DNA of 64,000 bases from NCBI GenBank assembly GCA_051362555.1, contig CM120640.1, positions 16,430,001 to 16,494,000 of the forward strand, in the 5' to 3' direction. Made by a program: the position numbers and the translations under genes. The DNA is from Lingula anatina. Taxonomy: Eukaryota > Animalia > Brachiopoda. Every line of letters starts with the position of its first letter. The stretch's first letter is position 1. Positions 39,347 to 51,400 of the stretch are shown here, piece by piece. The notes below the pieces were generated by a model that was given only the letters and a program-made list of their open reading frames with translations, was not told where the DNA came from and did not search any database.

Positions 39347-39982
39347 AACCACGCATGCACGCAAATTCTCCCTGCATGGATGCAATTTCGCCAGGTGTAG
39401 GCCCTACTGTACGTATTTTATTGAAATCAATCTCGGTTGGCTAATACTCTGAAATTCCGGTTGCAATCTCTTTCTCACGGTCCTCAACCCCAGTCGAAAT
39501 ATTGACGGAAAATAAGTGCTGCTTTATTGTGCGACGTTCGATTCCGTTTTACTTGGTCTCCTGCCTATTGTTTCTCTGATCATAGACAATAGCGCATTGA
39601 TCCTCGCGTCATTTAGCAGTAACAGACACCAAGAAAATCGCAAGCCGTAGGTAGCGAAATATACCTTGACACTTAAAAGTTGGGTAGTGCTTAGTCTATA
39701 GATAAGTATTTTACTGAAAACAGTTGTCGCTATCATTCCCCTAGTCGACTACGAGCCGCAGCCTCGAGTTTATCTATGTATTCAGCAGTTATCAAATATT
39801 TGTCTATGTCTCGTTCACTTGATAAAAAATACTGGCCTTAACACTTCTTTATATACAAGTGGTGAAAATGACAAATAAAAAAGCGGTTATGAAACAACTG
39901 AAGTGAAGATAGATGAACTTACCCCTTTGCCGCAAGAGGCACAACTACTAAGCGTAAGGCGAAGTTTATCAAAACTGGGCAT
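22245..39982 (-). CDS. SLC6 Na+/Cl- dependent amino-acid transporter B (glycine transporter-like), tandem paralog of A
   Basis: Exons: 39923-39982 (inferred ATG exon), 35682-35895, 29248-29379, 28634-28985, 27972-28104, 27541-27675, 27186-27289, 26871-26998, 26436-26548, 26115-26246, 23831-23930, 23525-23625, 22879-23046, 22245-22424 (TAG). The sum is 2052 nt, i.e. 683 aa. Motifs: [46 protein letters not shown]. The protein ends DSKV. Intron positions match gene A. Confidence 0.93.
24770..25730 (-). mobile_element. Degenerate Tc1/mariner transposase remnant in an SLC6-B intron
   Basis: Frameshifted pieces [38 protein letters not shown] and [14 protein letters not shown] match the Tc1 pattern (FSDESRF..RVYRR.GE, V.VWGGI, M.RRC.A.I.A.GG). 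TIRs were not resolved and boundaries are approximate. Confidence 0.75.
28154..28293. mobile_element. PIF/Harbinger-type MITE (complete copy)
   Basis: Perfect 26-bp TIR GGCCCCGTAACTCGAAAGCATCGCG.. / ..CGCGATGCTTTCGAGTTACGGGGCC with CTG on both flanks (3-bp TSD). Confidence 0.85.
30268..30556. mobile_element. G/C-tract MITE ending CCTGGATCCGCGCCTG (hAT-like)
   Basis: Left end cggattaagggg..G-run..tcctgacccccc, right end ggacctcccc..aatcctggatccgcgcctg. This style of non-autonomous element is common in marine invertebrates. The left TIR is degenerate. Confidence 0.55.
30790..33050 (+). mobile_element. Highly decayed DNA transposon, Kolobok-like (THAP-, DDE- and SWIM-like remnants)
   Basis: Recognised by eye across frameshifts: THAP-like RYVAG / HCF / CSNH (about 30800-30960); DDE-like [11 protein letters not shown] and [11 protein letters not shown] (about 31365-31670); SWIM-flank-like [35 protein letters not shown] (about 32620-32960). 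Needs profile confirmation. Confidence 0.4.
35364..35406. repeat. (AAT)n microsatellite
   Basis: Pure AAT run. Confidence 0.95.
36366..36561. mobile_element. PIF/Harbinger-type MITE
   Basis: taa|AGCCTAGGTC ... GACCTAGGCT|taa, i.e. a 10-bp TIR with a TAA target duplication. Confidence 0.65.
39303..39346. repeat. (CG)n(CA)n alternating purine-pyrimidine tract
   Basis: About 9 CG units followed by a CA run. Confidence 0.95.
39923..39982 (-). CDS. Probable first coding exon of SLC6-B ([20 protein letters not shown])
   Basis: The exon at 35682-35895 has no ATG before TM1 and opens at a phase-0 acceptor whose TAG is an in-frame stop. This 60-nt ORF has AAAATG context and ends at a strong phase-0 donor GGG|GTAAGT. 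Confidence 0.6.
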
Positions 39983-42900
39983 TTTGAACGCTGGCACGTT
40001 CTTTCAACCAAAGAACGCCGGAGCTCTTCGTAGTTGCTGTTCGCCCGTGTGACAAGCTGGACGCTAACTTAGGTTGAACTTAACGCATGCGTTTCATGAA
40101 CCTTCCGCTCGGAGAGGGCATTAAAATTTTCAACTTAAGTTCTCATATTGACATGAAAGGAAATCAGTTAGCTTCTGACAGCAGTGAGTAATCGATACAC
40201 CCCAGTTGTCTTCATTGAAAGAGTTACAATAGCATTAAAATGAACAGACGGCCGTCGAATATGAACAAAATCTTTTTACGTCATACTGCTCTGTGCTACC
40301 CCGGGGTGACGGGGACAATTTACGGAGGACATACGCTCATTGGGAGTTCTATAATGAGATACGACTTGACAAATCCCCGGAGTATCGGCAGAAAAACCAA
40401 TGCCACCTGTAACAGGTTTTCATGTGTAGCATCGGCGAACAAAAGTTTACATACAATTTGACGGTGACAGATACAGCGAGCGCAGCCTATTATCAAAGCA
40501 ATCATTTTGTCAAAGCCGATAGTTCCTCCTTTTAAGAGGCGCTTCCCACACAAACTCTTGTATGGGCCTGAATGTAGGTACATGGAAAAAACGCAACGAC
40601 GAATCTTTGTGCATGGGTGCTATGTCGGAGCAGGTCAAAGTAGTAACTTCTGAAAAAGACAGATCGGACAGATTTACTGACCCAGCACATTACAGAATAT
40701 TGAATGACAGAATCCATCTCACGTTTCATCACCACTCAAATGTAGAACCGCTGAGCCCATCTCAGCAACCTCAACCCTAAAATGATAAGGTGTTTACCCG
40801 TCAGCCGTTGCAATAATGCGGTTACATCTTTTAAAAGTCGCGATTATAAATGAAGCTTTTTTGTCACATTTTGTTGCAAACAACCAAAGGATTGAATATT
40901 TTGTCACCTGAGACGCATTTACATCTATTTCTCCTGTTTCAAAAGAATTTACACCCATGATTTTTCCATTAGCATTAACATTCCCAGCTGTATTTTGAAA
41001 TTGTTTTCAGACCCCTCACTATCGATTTGAATGACTCGTCCACTGCACTTAAACAACAACAGAAATCTACTGTTTACGTTTTTCACACATCAAAGGCGTA
41101 ACAAAACGACGGGATCCAGCTAGAGAATTGCAAACTTCTCTTCTCACATTATTTTTTAACTTTTGCGCCCAACGATGATGTTTTCTGTTTTTAGTATTTA
41201 TTTCTTGTTTTCTATGTTTTAAACTATTAAGTGGCTGACTTCATGATCTAAAACAGTAGCAGCATTCAACTGTGCACATAAATACGTGCATTATGTTTTC
41301 AGAATTAATTAGAAAACCGACGCCGATTCCCGTCGTACAGTAGGCCTATATGTAGCTCCTTCGACCAAACCGACTTCATACGTTAGTAATTTTTACCACG
41401 GTGGCTTGGATTTTTTTATATTTAGCCGTAATAAAATAATGTCTTTCATAGCCAACGCTATCTTGACGTTTATCACCAGGAGTTCTTCCGTTTGATACTA
41501 AGCTTTATTTCTCCCACGCTCTTTAGGGCGTGGTCCGAATGAAACCTATCACATTGACGTTTCATCTTGCTTCGATCTTCTGGTCACTTCTGTTCTATCA
41601 AAAGCATTAATTGTTGGAGAATAATTGCAAAAGAAAGAAAGAAAAGAAGAGCAAAATTGTTTTGAAACTCTATATCCCAACACGCACAGGCGTTTTATAT
41701 TATGTCTTTAACCTCCTTTGACGGGCAACAACCCTTGCTGAGAGCACGAGCAGCGTTGAACATGAACTTTGAGGAGAGGCAGGGAATATTATTATATGCA
41801 TAGTGGGTTTCTCTAGCAATAGTTTTACAGCTAACCGTTCACAGTTATGTATAAACAAAAATGTATTCAGATAGAAATTTTGAAATATCCGTCTTAAGGA
41901 TCGCCAGAAGCACGGCTTTCTCATTTGAAAAATGCGACCGTTCTTGAATGAGTCTTTAAAGGAATGTTCGACAGAACTATAAATATTTGTATTTTATACA
42001 CCTGGTGAGTTTTCAGGGGCAACGGCTGTAGGGTGAAAGGGTAAAATGACGAAAATCGTGTAAGAACTTCTCGTCACACGCACGCACATCAGAATACAGT
42101 CCATTTTTTTTCTAAGAATCAGAGTTATGACCTCTCCAATTTCATTTTCTCACAAGACACCTCATAAGTATTAAAAATGCAATTCACATCCAGCACATAG
42201 AAATTTTTCTATTGTACAGAGTAGAGACATTGATTGGGAAGAGAACGGCGGAAAAAGGAAAGAGCACTAAAACAATGCAGCTTCTCAGAGTGAACCCTGA
42301 GAAAAGATGAAAATAGAGGAATAGCGCAAAGACGCAAGCAACAAGACCAATACCATTATTAAAAAGAAGACAGCACGCCGTGTATTGTACTTCCTTACAT
42401 AAAGGGTGTTCCTGAACGCTTTCGACGCACATTTAAAATTATAACGTCAGTGATTGGAGTGAAAAGGGACATACCATCAGAAATGTCATAGTGAGTCATA
42501 AAAACCCTATTTTAAAAGAGGAAAAATGTGGAGTGATATAAGAATTGAATTGTGGTGTTGTGCACATTGGAGAAACAGTGGAAAGGATAACAGAACTATA
42601 GTGGAAAGGACAACGGAACACCAAAAATCAATGAACAACAAAGACAGTAAATCAGCACTGAAAAAAACACGAGGTAACAACAGGACACAAACAAAGATAC
42701 CCAGTAAATCTGTCATTGATAAAATGATATTGGATACTGAAGCTAGAGAACAGTACTGGAAAGACCTAGCCCCGGTTTTTTTTTTTTTTTTTAAGAAAAA
42801 ACCTAAGTCAGTTACAGTGGCTATCATCTTTGTCGCCAACGTCGCATCTTACCCTATCAGGCGGAAAACGAACAGTGTTACACCACCCTTATGGACATCC

Positions 42901-43055
42901 TATTCTACTATGCCATGGAACTGACTTAATTTTTTTTGTTGTTGTTTTTTGTGAAACTTGGGGCCTGAAAGCTATGTTATGTAAATATCAAAAGAGTTAG
43001 TCACAACAAAAACGATGGAGCAACTGACACTGACCTCTACTTGACATTCAAAAAA

Positions 43056-43086
<31 letters not shown>

Positions 43087-43615
43087 GGAGAGGAAAAACT
43101 GCACTCATTTTTATAACAGCTATTTCTTCAGAACTAAAACATTCAGAGTCTTTTTATTTCGTGCAGTCGTATCAACCTCGTACTCAAAATATTGATTCGT
43201 ATTTTCACCTTTTTCACCTAACTTGTGTAACTTATAGGCTATATCGCCTGCACTTCAAATTAGTGCAAATGACAAATATAAATTGTCAAGCTTTCTTCAT
43301 TTAGGCACAATGGCAAGTAGATACAGATGTTTTAAAATTCAGTCGAGAAAAAAGCAAGGTGTAGTGAGAAATCCAATTTGCTTACTGTGTCAGTGCAGCA
43401 GGTCTCTGGGCAGGGGAAGTCAATAAGACATTTTCTTCCACCAGTAGAGCCAAGGTACTCTTGGTTGGCAACTCAAGTTCCACATTATTTTTTTTTTCGT
43501 ATTTTTTATCTGTTTGCATCCCTGATTAGGACCTTCTGGTATAAACAGTTGTAGGGCGTAGTAAAAACATGGACCAAACAGACTGATTTCATTCGTTAAT
43601 TTTTTCTTGTGTTTG

Positions 43616-43618
<3 letters not shown>

Positions 43619-43662
<44 letters not shown>
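43619..43662. repeat. (GT)n(AT)n microsatellite
   Basis: GT run followed by a short AT run. Confidence 0.95.
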
Positions 43663-43663
<1 letters not shown>

Positions 43664-45454
43664 GTTCCAAATGAAGTGATCTGCACTGTTAAATTCATAA
43701 ATAAACAAAGATTGTATCATCAGATTTTTTTATTGCCATCTTTTTTTAGAAAAGCTTTTGATTATCAGCTTGACTAATTAAGTATAACTGTAATAACTAA
43801 CATGCTCACATACACGTGTACTAGTTTGTTCAGCCGACATGATTACACTACATTAACCTGGTACCTAAAACTACTGGGTGTCCCTATTCTTGGTGCAAAG
43901 GCAAACTGATATCTTTAATTAAATGCTACTCCACTGAACTATAAATGAATGGCATCTTGTGTGCCATTTCCACCATTTATGATGCAAAGTTTGGTGCACA
44001 GTTTCTGTGGGATGTAAAATATTTGGCTACAAAAAGTGTAATTTTTCATGTTTCCCAATTCAAGAGACACCCTTTGCAGCAGGAACAGATAATTAAATAC
44101 TATTCAAAAGAAAAATGAAGTCTTACACATCCCAATACATCCACTGGCATTCCACCATTACTAAAGATTTTATATAAAATCCAGTGGCTTTGCTCACATT
44201 CCTTTTCGCATTATGAAAAGGTGCATATTCTTCAAAAGAACAATTCTTACTGCAGCTGTTATATACTCAAGGACCTGAACCAGGACTTGATTTTCAAACA
44301 TCCACGCAGTGGCTGCATCTTCTCTCCTTTTAAACAAGCTGCTGAGTAAATAAGTTATGAGAATATATATATATATTCAGATATTCAGAGTAAAAACAAA
44401 ATGACTGGCTACTTTTTAATGAAACCATAGGGAAGGGTAATAACCTCTGAATCAGATTAACACTTTCTGCAAAAACTGGACAGTTTAGGCTTTCACTACA
44501 ATGACAATCACTTAGCAGATAAATCTTCACTAGACAATATTAACATTACCTCATAAGTAGTTGTAAGTTTTGCTCAAAAAGTTGCAGCAAGGTTGCACAA
44601 GTACATAGAAAAAAAATATTACATAAGTACAAAAATATGCCTAAAAAGACTACTTTGTTCTACTTAAAAAAAGGTATTTTTTATTTTTTACAAATTAAGA
44701 TCTCCATAATACAAAATATACTTAAAAGAATTGTAAGCTTTTCATGCATACACACACAATGTAAAAAGTTTATGCCCTGAATAACAAGCCCTCCAAAAGC
44801 AAAGAAACTTGCATACAAACAAAAAGCAGATCTTATATTCATACTTATATACATACACTACAATATCATGACATTTGACAAGCACCACTTCTTTCAAATA
44901 AGTGCTTATTCATTAAGGTGGTCCTTTGTAATCCTACTGTCAATCTCAATTTGTAGAAAAATACTGAAAATATGTTGCTTTGGTGCTGAAATACAAAGAT
45001 ACCTGTACATGTCCAATGTACGTGTACATGTTAAATAATGATAATGAAGCCTGTGGGTTATATTGCTTAGAACCTTGTTTTACCAATTAAGTAAAAAAAA
45101 TAATAATAAAGAATAGTCTGCATAATTTGCCATGTTACTGATCAAAGGTACTTTAAGCACATTCAAATGGACGGGAAAATATTGAAGATGATGCGAAAAG
45201 AAAATAATATAAGAACAGCAAGTAAAGGCACAAGTAGGCATGTAAACTTCTACAGGAAGACCTGTGACTGTACATGGTCTTCTGACTTTCTGTCAACAGT
45301 CTGGCTGAACCACCCTGCAGTTCAGAGATCACTGGATGCTGCCTCTGACATACTGGTAATAGCAGACGCATGCTGATAATAGTGGCGAGTCTCCAGTGAC
45401 TACTGAACCTTAGGGTAGGCTTAAGAGTCATATGAAGTGCATATTATACTCTGT

Positions 45455-48400
45455 CTAACAGTCTTCCTCTTCCCACTGCCCAACAAAGTCTGTCATTGTG
45501 CTGCCCACCTTGTTGGCTGCGGCCAGCATATCATCATTGATCCCTTGGGACCTGTTCACCACTGAAAATATTTTAAGACCTGGTTTTCACTAAGAACCAA
45601 AACGAATATTTCAATATATTTTAAAGACATTTTGTATTGATTTCTACCAAATCCATGAACAATGTTAAGTTTGAAAATTCACATACATCAACTGGATAAA
45701 GCTGAAGAAAAATAGATGTTATACATACAAGTTAATGTTTGAACCAAATTTGTATTTATCAGGCTTACAATTTTCAATAATTTAATAACAAAAAATTGAT
45801 TATTTTAACAATACTGCCTGTAAGTCAATATATAATATTTACAACCTCTAACAACAAAACTTACATGAGAAAGACATATCAGCTGGATATTCCCTCTCCA
45901 ATCTCTTTATAATATCCTCCAGCTCCTCCTCCTCTTCTGGGAAGTTGCGAGACTTGGAAGCTGATGGCAGGGACAAATAGGACGGACTCAGCCTAGTGTC
46001 ATCTCCAAATGTAAAATCTCTGCCTGGTGTCCATGGGGTCAAGCCAAGGTCGTGGTTGTTGCTAGGCAACATGCTGGGCGTCCTGACATTCTGCATGGTG
46101 TTCTGACTGACTTCTCTAAGTGGAGCACCAGCCTGTCGCTGCGGGAGTGTCAAACCAGAAAACCTGTCTCTCTGTGGGGGAACATTTTGCTCCTGCTCTG
46201 GGCCAAGTCCTCTTGGCTGTGCCATGTTCCTCCCTCCTCCCTGTGGGGTATACTGTGGAGGTGGTACCTGGGAGGTTCTCACCACAGGGCCCTCAAATCG
46301 TGGCACATGGATGGGTTTCCCCTGGGACCCTGCCAGTATGGTCAGTCTTTCCACTAACTGGTCATAACTGGGCTCAGGGGACTGGATGTTAAAACTAGGG
46401 ATGTTCCTCTGGGACTGTGGGTTAGCATGCACTGCTGACTTAGGCTGGGTTGGCCTACTAGGAGAGGTAGAAACAGGTGGCTGTCTCTGGGCTGTGGACT
46501 CCTGGAATCAATCAGGAATTACAAATGTAAATATAAATTTGACTGATTCTTACGTGTGAAATATAATGATAATGAAATAAATCCATTGGTGGTTTGCCTT
46601 TCACTAGGTTCTTCGAGCCAAACAATTCATCCTCAAGTTGATATATTTACTTTAATTACTACACCATCTGATTAATTTGACTTCCCTCCCAGGACAATGA
46701 GTCAGGCCTATGAATTTACACATTTACTGCATAAGCCACAGAAAATGTAATCTGTTACATTTAATAAGCGTACCCATTATATCTACAAACAAAAGAAACA
46801 CTTGCATTAAAACATTCTGAACAACCAATGTAACAAGTCCTACCTTCTCTATCAGTGCTCTTAACCTGGTCAGCTGTTTCTCCATCTGTTTGTTGTGTGC
46901 CTCTAGTATGGCCTGCCTGGCTTCCAGTTTCTCCCTCTCCACTCGCTGCTGTTCATCTGTCAATGTGGAGCTGCTGTTACCTGACATGGACCTGTTGTGT
47001 AATCTTTCTATTTCCAGCAAAAGGTCCCTAGAATAAATAAAAAAGAAATGGTGATCATCAATATTTACAACTGATATGTGATCCCAAAGAATTTTTATGT
47101 ACAGACACAGATGTGTCTGTACATATTGCCATCACCGCCGATGCCAAGCACTTTCAGCGTAAACACAATAAGTGGAACACAGTTTTATTTTTTGGTTTTA
47201 TATTTACAGAGCTGATGAATATTCATAAAACACAGGTCAAGTTCGAAAATCAGCATGATCGGGCCATTATAGTAGAAGTTATGCTGTTTTTTCACTTTTC
47301 AGCATATATGCAACCCTGTAAACACATTTTAAGGAAAACCGTTAGGCCTGTTGTCATGAAACTCACAGGAGTAATCAATCTTACTAAAACACAGGTCAAG
47401 TTCGAAAGTCGGCATGATCGGGCCACTATTTTAGTAGTTATGCTGATTTTTTTCATTTTTAGATATAGTAATCATTCTGGACATTTTTCAGTGAGCATAT
47501 GCAGATTACATGGTTACATGAGCAGAAAACAGTTACATGCAGTGAAGATTCAAAAAAGAAAGTTAATCTTAAAAGCTGGTGCAGTATTTCTATTTGTGCT
47601 AATTACAACCCACATAAATATAAAATGCTGCATATATCTTTAATCTTTTCAGCATAGTATTGTAACTTCATATTATATACAGAAAAGAACACATATTACC
47701 TATTTTCATCCTCTAAATGATGAATAATACTGTCTAGTTCTCTCCGCTGCTCATTGGGAACAATGTTGTACATTTTTGGAGGGGTGACCTGCAGGCAGAA
47801 GATTGATCAAAAAATTTAAGCATAATTTTCATTGACACATAAATAGCAGAGGTGTTCCTCTTCCAGTGTTTTTGGCAAATTTTTAAATATTCGTTTCAAA
47901 AACACTTTTATGCTGAAATTGCCAACAATAAATTCAAATTTAGATTAAAACCAACAACCTTGTTATGAAGCTATCTTGAACTTTTTACAAACTTCTTTTT
48001 CATGATAAAGCATGTAGAGTGTAACTTTTTAGTTCTACAAGTTATATATTGAAAATCTTCATCAGCAATGTCATATCAATAAAATTATAGAAGCTTTATC
48101 AATATCTTAAAGAAAACTATTAACAATAAATAGAAAGTATCACTTTATTTCTCAATCTATTGATAAAAGTACTTCTAGATTTCTATCAACATAATTTTTT
48201 TACTCCCTCCCTCCACCTCAACAAGTACCTGCTTTGGTCCTGTTGTCATGTCAGTCTGTAGCATCTTAGAGGACTGTCTTGGTGGGGCCTGTGTCTCTGC
48301 CTGGGCCAGCTTCCTAGCTGCACTCTGTAATAACTGGTGCATGTCAGCATCAGATTCTGGTACTGCATCAGTGCTAAAGGACAGTTAAATTATAACAAAT

Positions 48401-51400
48401 ACTTGTTCAGACAGTACTGGAAAAAGGAAAGCCAAAAACCATACAAGATCTGAATAAGCAATATGCTGTCAGGATTGTTGATGAGGCAATGAGAAGTGCA
48501 GTAAGGTCTTCAATTTTATAGACAACAATCCAAAGTAAAACAATTGTCAAATCAATGAAAAACCTGCAATAATGATTGTAATCTTTAAAATTATACTTAA
48601 ATATCACTCTCAAAAATTTGCACACATTTCAAAAATCAAACTGCAAAATATTTCAAAAGGGAAATCTTGTCCCACCTACAAAACTTCACATAAAGGTTGT
48701 CTACAAAAAATCAAACAAAATCAATACTGTGGCTTCTACTTACAAGTCCTCTTCCATAGGCTGTCCATCCCCTCTAATAGGAAGATACCGTGGCTTGTAT
48801 TTCTTGTGGTGTCTTTTACTCAAGTTGTTCCTGACAGTCTTTACAAATGCCTTAGTGTCTTCCTTGGAGGTTGTCTGAAGAAGACAAATCAGAAATAAAG
48901 ACAAAAATCAACCACAAAAAAGATAAGATAATGCATGCCTTAACATGACAGGACTAATATAAACTTACTTAAAACATCAAATATAAGATAAAATTTAAAA
49001 CATAAATGTCCTATCTTATTGTGCAAAGCATAGAGTGCATACACAATGAAACTTTGTATTAGTGGGGACTCGCTGAATGCAAATAGATTACAAGATTAAC
49101 ACGCCGCCTCCTTGTGTTGAGTGGAGTACAGAAAGGCTGGTGACTATACAAATACATTGGAAACAAGAGGAGGTGGGTTAATCTGATTGCATTCTCAAAA
49201 GTCCTCGTGGAGCTAGTTTGAACTACCTAACATGTTAGTTTTATTGTGAACACATCCACTCACACCATTATTTGACTTTGAGCAAAAAGGTCCAAATTTC
49301 TTCATAAATCCCAGCTAAATATACAGGTCTTATAAATGGATTAGGCATTTACTAGCACTACCCATTAACACCCACATTAACCACAAAACTCACAAATTTA
49401 CTGTTGATAAGGCCTGATATATAAAGAGAAAGACACTCACTGCTAAACAGTACTCTTCAATAGGGTGAGTTAGCTTGTGCTTCTTGGCTACTCTTCCTGT
49501 CAGAAAGCACTGTTGACATAGGTCATAGTTGAAACATTTCAGGCACCTGTATCTGTAAATATTGAAATGGGGTAAAGAAATGTGCCCTTGTATCATTGGC
49601 AGGGGAATTAACATATAAAAGTATGGTCAGTTAACACATATTGCTGCTTAACTCCAAGTGCAGCAAATTTGATCGGATTTATATTAGTTCTATTTATAAT
49701 TTTTTACTTTTTTAGCTATTCATTTATATTTTTTTTGTTGTAGTTGTTAAATATATATGGCACTCTCTGGTTAATTAATAAATAAAACCCTTGGAGTTTT
49801 TTTACACTAAAGATATACATATGCAAACATTCTATTTCAAAACTTAAATATGAGATGAATACATTCTTTTTCATACTGAAAGGCAAAACAAGAATATATT
49901 ACCTAAATCCTATTATTGGGTATTCCTTGCATATATTGCACTTAGATTCATGTTTAACTGAAATGAGAAGAATAAATTAACAAAGCTGATTATGAAAAGA
50001 TATGCCCCTCAACATATACTGCCAATATCTAATATTGTGGTTTATATATAATAAAGATATTATCCTGGATTAAGCTTATGTCTAGGAGACTTATCAGCTC
50101 TTCTGCACATGATACAGATGTCTTACACAGTAAGAGAGGCTTTATCAGAAGTTCAAACAAAGTAAATATTACCAAATAGTGCACAATCCTGAGGGGACTA
50201 CAAAGAATAGTGCCCAGTGAGAGGAAAAGGAACCCCATTGCAAAGTGTGTGTATGTGTGTGCATGCGTGTATACGTGCGAGCGTGTGTGTGTGCGTGCAA
50301 GGGTAAAGGAGGGAGGGGACACAAAATAATGTTATTTGACTTACCTGACTCTGCAGCAGCCATCCTATGCATTGTAGGCAGCCAGACCAGTGTCTGAGGT
50401 TCAAGTAACATCCAGTCCAGGAAGGAAAACTCTTCTACACCAGTGGTACTGCGAGACTAATGACAGAATCAAAGTGCACAAAAAATAATGAAAAAATATT
50501 TTTTAAAATGAATACGTAAAAAGCAATAGATAAACATGAGCACTTAGTAGAACTGAGTGCATATTTTGAAATCTCTACACATGCAATTTTAACCAAACTC
50601 TGGTCAGTCATGGACCCTACCTAGGTGATGCCTGATATATATAAATATCAGTAACTTAAAGCAGAGAAGAAAAAGACTTATTATTTATCAAAGCACTGTG
50701 GAGGTTTAAGGACTTCAAACAGCTTGCTTGACATGTTATTCATACTGGTGATAATTTCCACAGCAAGAACAAGTCAAAATGTTAAACTCACCATACTGAA
50801 ACAACTGTCTATTGCAGCACCTATTGCAGCCATTCCACCAAATGGCAGACACTCATTCAAAAGTTCAGCCACCTGAAATGATCACAAAGGGTTAAAATAT
50901 GCATTATGATTTATGTTTGTAACTTCTACAGACAAAAAAAAATCCTACTGCAGGTATGACATAACACATAGACTGATCACTCTGTCAAAACACAGCCTGG
51001 TAAAAAACTGTTTAATATGAGGGTGTACCAATCACCTGCAGTAAGTCATGCAGAAACAGTCCTAGATGTTTCCTTGATATTGTGTTGTCATAATCACTGA
51101 GTTGGGAAAACAAATCTGGAAAAAAAAAATACAATAATAATAATAATAAATAAAAATTTAAACAAAATCAATTGAATATTGTGCTGAATTCACAACTATG
51201 ACATGTTTTGAAGTAGCTACTTAACATGTTATATGTTATATGAAGATATCTTAAGCTGCTATGATACCCAAAGAGACCACAAAAATATTGTTATGCTTGT
51301 AAGAAGTGTTCTTGAAAATCATGCATCCAATCTAAATTTTGAGATTTGAATTCAGCTCCATACTTACATCTGTACTTCTCAGCCAGCCTTGCAGAACACA

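Noticed and set aside
40240-40780. Cluster of short overlapping ORFs upstream of SLC6-B
   Set aside because: Every frame is interrupted, with no recognisable motif or coherent splice pattern.
47113-47643. 176-aa plus-strand ORF with an internal repeat (related ORF at 59693-59908)
   Set aside because: Translation of the 159-bp tandem units of the Helentron-type element, not a gene.
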